Below are positions 9,149 to 13,981 of a stretch of 13,981 bases of DNA, in pieces (positions within the stretch are counted from its first letter, which is position 1; each line of letters opens with the position of its first letter). The translations under genes and the position numbers were made by a program. This DNA is from Octopus sinensis (Eukaryota). The DNA lies in contig NW_021825847.1 of the NCBI RefSeq assembly GCF_006345805.1, forward strand, positions 1-13,981. Reading direction: 5' to 3'. Below the pieces are notes generated by a model. That model searched no databases and was not told where the DNA came from. It saw only the letters and a program-made list of their open reading frames with translations.

Positions 9149-9493
9149 TATGTGGGCACAGGACGTCACGAACGTGTACAACAAAAAAGTACGAAGCACG
9201 AGTACATGGAACATGAACTATTCTTTCGAACAACGAAAGACACAAATGGAAATCAGAACCTTCATCAGTTACACGGAGAGAAAGAAAGAAATATGGCCAA
9301 TGGTCACGTGGGTTCCACGTGAGCAAAGGAGGAGTGAGGTAGAGAGAGTGACAGAGTAATAAGATAGAATAGTGGGAGAAGAGAAAGTAAAAGAATAAGA
9401 GAGAGTAAAACGAATGAGTAAAAAGATCGTATAGAGGGCGCATCAGAATTATTAAGATAAAACATATTTGGAAGAGGATGCGTGGTGTTCAAT

Positions 9494-9869
9494 CAAGTGT
9501 CTTCTATAAACTCGGGTTGACCAAAGACTTGTTAGTGGATTTGGTAGGTGGAAACTGAAAGAAGCCCATCGTATACATACATACATGTGTGTGTGTGTGT
9601 GAATGTCTTTGTGTCTGTGTTTGTCCCCTACCACCGCTTGACTATTGGTGTTTGTTTATTTGTTTTGTTTACGTCCTCGTCACTTAGCGGCTCGGAATAA
9701 AGAGACCGCTAAAATAAATAGCAGGCTTAAAAATAAAATGAAAAAAAAAAAAGGAAAAAAAAAGGGAGTGGGATTGATTCATTCGACTAAGAAATTCTTC
9801 GAAGTGGTGCCCCAGCATGGCCGCATTCTAATGACTGAAACAGGTAGAAGATTAAAAAGATAAAAGATA
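9494..9869 (+). mobile_element. tRNA/CORE-type SINE family B, 5'-truncated copy with internal (TA)/(GT) microsatellite
   Basis: caagtgtcttcta...ctcgggttgaccaaag matches the end of the head fragment at 12831-12937. It continues ggatttggtag..ggaaactgaaagaagccc, (GT)n, a 3' half shared with 978-1173, and an (AAAAGAT)-like terminal repeat. It resembles the abundant octopus CORE-type SINE; the name was not verified. Confidence 0.85.
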
Positions 9870-9987
9870 GGAGCAGATTCGGTTCCTTAGAAACGTAAAG
9901 TCGAACAGCACAGAAATAAGACGTACGACGATGAGTACGACTGATTGTGCCAGAAGATAAAAGTAGCAGGGAGAACTATGTGGTTAG

Positions 9988-10322
<335 letters not shown>

Positions 10323-10325
<3 letters not shown>

Positions 10326-10460
10326 TTGTCCTCTTTCTTTCCTTTTACGATCCCTTTTGATCGAAAACCACCACTCCCTTTTTTTTTTACCCCCAAAAGA
10401 AAAGCTCTACCTTGTAATTTGTTCTATCTGTGTGCAGCCCTGTGTGGCTAATAAAGAAAC
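10323..10460 (+). mobile_element. Short 3'-terminal fragment of a non-LTR retroposon (Tx1-like tail) inside (CTAT)n
   Basis: Unique pyrimidine-rich ~138-bp island ending tctgtgtgcagccctgtgtggctaataaagaaac. This is similar to the LINE end at 2045-2075 and to SINE tail A. (CTAT)n lies on both sides. Confidence 0.65.
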
Positions 10461-10461
10461 A

Positions 10462-10528
<67 letters not shown>

Positions 10529-10554
10529 ATATATATATATCTATATAATATATA

Positions 10555-10598
<44 letters not shown>
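10461..10598. repeat. (CTAT)n followed by (TA)n
   Basis: Directly visible. Confidence 0.97.
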
Positions 10599-10602
<4 letters not shown>

Positions 10603-11349
10603 TGCTTGTTAATTTGAGTTTAAGTGTTGAGAACAGATAGTAATTGGAACTTCAGTGGTAATAAGACAGAACGGTGTCAGAAGATAGTAAATACGCGCTG
10701 CTAGACTGGTTGAAACTTGAAGAATAGTTAAGTAGTTTGTGTGTGTGTGTGTAAGTGGAGAATAGGCGCATTCCTAAATTGTTTTGGATCCCGAAATATC
10801 ATAGCCATACAAAAGTAGATTAATGACTGATGCAAGTAAAATTGCAAGCAGACAGGCTGTGATCTTGGTTAACAAGGCGTTTGATGTTAAATGAATGGTT
10901 TTTGTAAGGTATTGCAATGCAATATGCAGAACTGGTGTAAAATTTATTGTGGAGTTTTAGAGATGTAGGAAGAAGGTTGAAGTCTATTGCGAGTTTTGAT
11001 GAACAAAATTATATTCTGTTCGTACACGAAAAACAAATGCTGTCGTTACTACGAACGACGTTTTTGGGTTGCTGTGGTAGAAGCAGTAGTCAAGAAGTTA
11101 GCTGTTGGTTGTTGTGTTGCGGTCACCGATCGTTCGTTGGCTTCGTGTGGTCAGCTGATGTTTTGCTATTGTCATCTGGGTCCGGTCTAATGTTTCCTTT
11201 TCGCCGTCTCACATACTAAATGCTCAGCTGTCTCTCACTGTTTTCCATGCTGCATCCCAAAGCTCTCTGTTTAGTAAAAGATATTCTGAATATATACTGC
11301 TGGATAGGCTCAGGGAGGAAGGTGCGAGAAGATGGTATTGTTGCTGGAA

Positions 11350-11580
11350 GGCGGTGAGCTGGCAGAATCGTTAGCACGCCGGGCGAAATGGTTTGCGGTA
11401 TTTCGTCTGCCGTTACGTTCTGAGTTCAAATTCCGCCGAGGTCGACTTTGTCTCTCATCCTCTCGGGGTCGATAAATTAAGTACCAGTTGCGCACTGGGG
11501 TCGATGTAATCGACTTAATCCGTTTGTCTGTCCTTGTTTGTCCCCTCTATGTTTAGCCCCTTGTGGGTAGTAAAGAAACA
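11350..11580 (+). mobile_element. tRNA-derived SINE family A, monomer with tail A, flanked by a 16-bp direct repeat
   Basis: Head ggcggtgagctggcagaatcgttagc, B box gagttcaaattcc, tail tttagccccttgtgggtagtaaagaaaca. Flanks: ggtattgttgctggaa (11334-11349) and ggtatttttgctggaa (11581-11596), 15/16 identical. Confidence 0.93.
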
Positions 11581-11596
11581 GGTATTTTTGCTGGAA

Positions 11597-11711
11597 GGCG
11601 GCGAGCTGGCAGAATCGTTAGCACGCCGGGCAAAATGCTTTGCGGTATTTCGTCTGCCGCTACGTTCTGAGTTCAAATTCCGCCGAGGTCGACTTTGCCT
11701 TTCATCCTTTC
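11597..11711 (+). mobile_element. tRNA-derived SINE family A, 3'-truncated copy
   Basis: Full head, B box and core up to gcctttcatcctttc, then an abrupt join to PLE RT sequence. Confidence 0.9.
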
Positions 11712-12149
11712 ATATTTGCTCTTAATTATAGTTTATTTCAAAAGTATTTACTTGGTAAAATTTATCCTAGTGATTTGGATCGAATAGAAGCAGTCTTGAT
11801 GTTAAAAAGTGAATTATTTAGACGTTACTTCAGAAAATAGCAATAAATCAATTATAACTAATGTTTATAATAAAATTAATGATTTCAGTTTTGAAGTTGC
11901 AGCAGCATTTTGTGCATCTGACAGCATTCCAGGTAATTCTGAGCTACATTGTTTTTTTTATTTTCCATATTAAGGTGCAGTGGAATATTTAACTGTTTTA
12001 ATTTTGGAGAAATGATTAGGCAAGGATATCACAATAAATTGTTAATTAAACACTTCAATATGTTACCATTTCACTAAAACCTTACCATTGTTCATTATTT
12101 AATCTCCCTCTACCATATCTGTTATGCGGCCATACTGTAAAAGCAGTAA

Positions 12150-12533
12150 AGGCGGCGAGCTGGCAGAAATGTTAGCGCGCCGGGCGAAATGCTTAGCGGT
12201 ATTTCGTCTGACGTTAGGTTCTGAGTTCATCATTCCGGGGTCGATAAATTAAGTACCAGTTACGCACTGGGGTCGATGTAATCGACTTAATCCGTTTGTC
12301 TGTCCTTGCTTGTCCGCTCTGTGTTTAGCCCCTTGTGGGTAGTAAAGAAATAGGTATTTCATCTGTCGTTACGTTCTGAGTTCAAATTCCAACGATCGAC
12401 TTTGCCTTTCATCCTTTCGAGGTCGATAAATTAAGAACCAGTTACTCACTGGGGTCGAGGTAATCGGCTTGATCCCTTTGTCTGTCCTTGTTTGTTCCCT
12501 CTATGTTTAGCCCATTGTGGGCTGTAAAGAAAT
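12150..12533 (+). mobile_element. tRNA-derived SINE family A, dimer (two tail-A modules) with 18-bp target-site duplication
   Basis: Head at 12151; the second module starts ggtatttc at ~12353. TSD atactgtaaaagcagtaa (12132-12149) / atattgtagaagcagtaa (12534-12551), 16/18 identical. Confidence 0.93.
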
Positions 12534-12830
12534 ATATTGTAGAAGCAGTAATTTTCTAATTTGTAAGGAATGATATTGTTATTCCAATCAGTAACCATCT
12601 ACCGCTTTCATCTTTCATCGCCCGTGTATTTGTATTTCTGCTGACTCAGGAGTAAAACCTGTATGCTTTGTGAGGGCGACAAACAACTAGCTAGTCATAC
12701 ATTCTGTCCATATCCTGTCCATTATTCACCCATTCTTGAGTCTCTGTCTCTCTGTTGTTATGGGAAATAGTCAATTTTACTTAGCTTATTAGTGCATGCG
12801 CACACGCACATACAAACATACACACAAGCA

Positions 12831-12937
12831 AAGCCGTGTAGTTAAGACGATTGCTTTGCTTTCACGTAGTTTTGGGTTGGATCCATTGTGAGTTACCTTG
12901 AGAAAGTGTCCTTTCTATAGCTCGAGTTGACAAATGC
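12831..12937 (+). mobile_element. Degenerate 5' head (tRNA-like plus CORE-like) of SINE family B
   Basis: agccgtgtagttaag (A-box-like) ... gggttggatcc (B-box-like) ... accttgagaaagtgtc (cf. CORE ACCTTGGGCAAGT) ... tatagctcgagttgacaaa, overlapping the start of the 9494 copy. Confidence 0.6.
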
Positions 12938-12952
12938 AAATGAGCGCTTATG

Positions 12953-12975
12953 CACACACACACACACAACAACAC

Positions 12976-13031
<56 letters not shown>
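12953..13031. repeat. (CA)n microsatellite
   Basis: Directly visible. Confidence 0.97.
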
Positions 13032-13035
<4 letters not shown>

Positions 13036-13344
13036 GTATAGGTATTAGTTCTAAGACGAGGTGGAGAGAAGAAGGAAGGTCTTAGAAGTTGTTATCTTCC
13101 TTTTCAAACACGACTATTTATATGAAAACAGAACAGCCAAAGTGTTTGTTCGTTCGCAGGTGTGATGGATGCATAGTTGTAGCTCGATGTATGTGTCTAT
13201 GACAGTGTGTGTGAGAGAGAGAGAGTGTGTGTGGTGTGGGGGTGGGTGGCGGTAGAAGAAAGAAAAAATATTCTAAGCAGAAGTAAAAGGTAAGAAGTAG
13301 AGAACGAATAAACAAATCGATAAATTTAGAGAGTCAGCTGGTTT

Positions 13345-13762
13345 GAGAGAGTGAGTGAATGGAAGAGAGAGAGACAGAGACAGAGACAGAGACAGAGAAA
13401 GAAGCAGAGAGACAGAGAGTAACAGAGAAAGAGAGAGAGGATAAGTGAGAGAGAGAGTGAAAGAGGATAAGTGAGAGAGAGAAAGAGAGTGAGAGAGAGA
13501 GAGTGAAAGAGGATAAGTGAGAAAGAGAGAGTGAAAGAGGATAAGTGACAGAGTGAACGAGAAGTGAGAAAGAGAGAGAGAGAGTGAAAGAGAAGTGAGA
13601 GAGAGAGAGTGAAAGAGGAGAAGTGAATGAGAGAGAGTGAGAGAGGATACGTGAGAGAGAGAGTGAAAGAGGATAAGTGAGAAAGGGAAATAGAGTGAGA
13701 GTGGATAAGTGAGAGAAAGAGAGAGAGGAGTGAAAGAGGAGAAGTGAGAGAGAGAGAGAGAG
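13345..13762. repeat. GA-rich tract: (GACAGA)n, then a minisatellite with core gagtgaaagaggataagtga plus variable (GA)n
   Basis: The core, or close variants (aggagaagtga, aggatacgtga), recurs about ten times between ~13435 and 13750 with a period near 28-30 bp. Confidence 0.88.
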
Positions 13763-13981
13763 CAATAGAAGGCAATATAATCAACCCAGAGAAAGGAGAA
13801 CTTGGGCTTTCAGATGTGATACAACTCCTAATCTATTAATCGTGTTTTTCCCTTTCATGTCAGTCGATGCTTAATAAGTCTGTCTACATAATTAGCCCAC
13901 ATATAAGCCATTAAGGGTAAATTACAAATGGTTTAGGTGAAGAATTTCCATTAAAAGGACTAAAGTTAAGAAACCGAAATG

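Noticed and set aside
9297-9319. ER-stress element CCAAT-N9-CCACG
   Set aside because: The spacing is 13 nt, not 9.
10886-10900. In-frame TGA in the PLE RT (DVK*MVF) as a selenocysteine codon
   Set aside because: The element has many frameshifts and stops, and this position does not appear to correspond to a conserved Cys. Decay is the simpler explanation.
11350-11440. SINE heads as functional tRNA genes
   Set aside because: A and B boxes are present, but there is no canonical cloverleaf and they continue into SINE body, tail and TSDs.
12595-12626. Possible minus-strand hammerhead downstream of the PLE (gcgatgaaagatgaaagc)
   Set aside because: The core reads GCGAUGA rather than CUGAUGA, and the stems could not be formed.

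Overview
Eukaryotic, repeat-dominated, non-coding (intronic or intergenic) DNA. It is most likely from a coleoid cephalopod (Octopus), inferred from the very high microsatellite density and from SINE families that resemble octopus repeats as I remember them. No intact host gene or exon can be supported, and almost all listed ORFs are microsatellite translations. The real content is layered retroelement debris. (1) A 5'-truncated L1/Tx1-like LINE 3' end (minus strand, CCHC zinc knuckle plus 3'UTR) fused to a multimeric tRNA-derived SINE. (2) Five copies of that SINE (family A) at four loci, built from a tRNA head and ~183-bp repeated modules with two alternative tails. (3) Fragments of two further tRNA-SINE families. 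(4) A heavily decayed Penelope-like RT gene (~9875-12077, plus strand) missed by the ORF track, split by a (CTAT)n block that itself holds a retroposon tail, and by a SINE doublet sitting where the catalytic DD motif should be. The most interesting signal is that the LINE, both SINE tail types and the (CTAT)n-embedded tail all end in a small stem-loop with a conserved (C/A)T(T/C)GT-type loop and differing but paired stems, followed by an A-rich end such as A(A/G)TAAAGAA. This suggests a Tx1-LINE/SINE partnership based on 3'-end recognition, possibly with tail-specific insertion targets.
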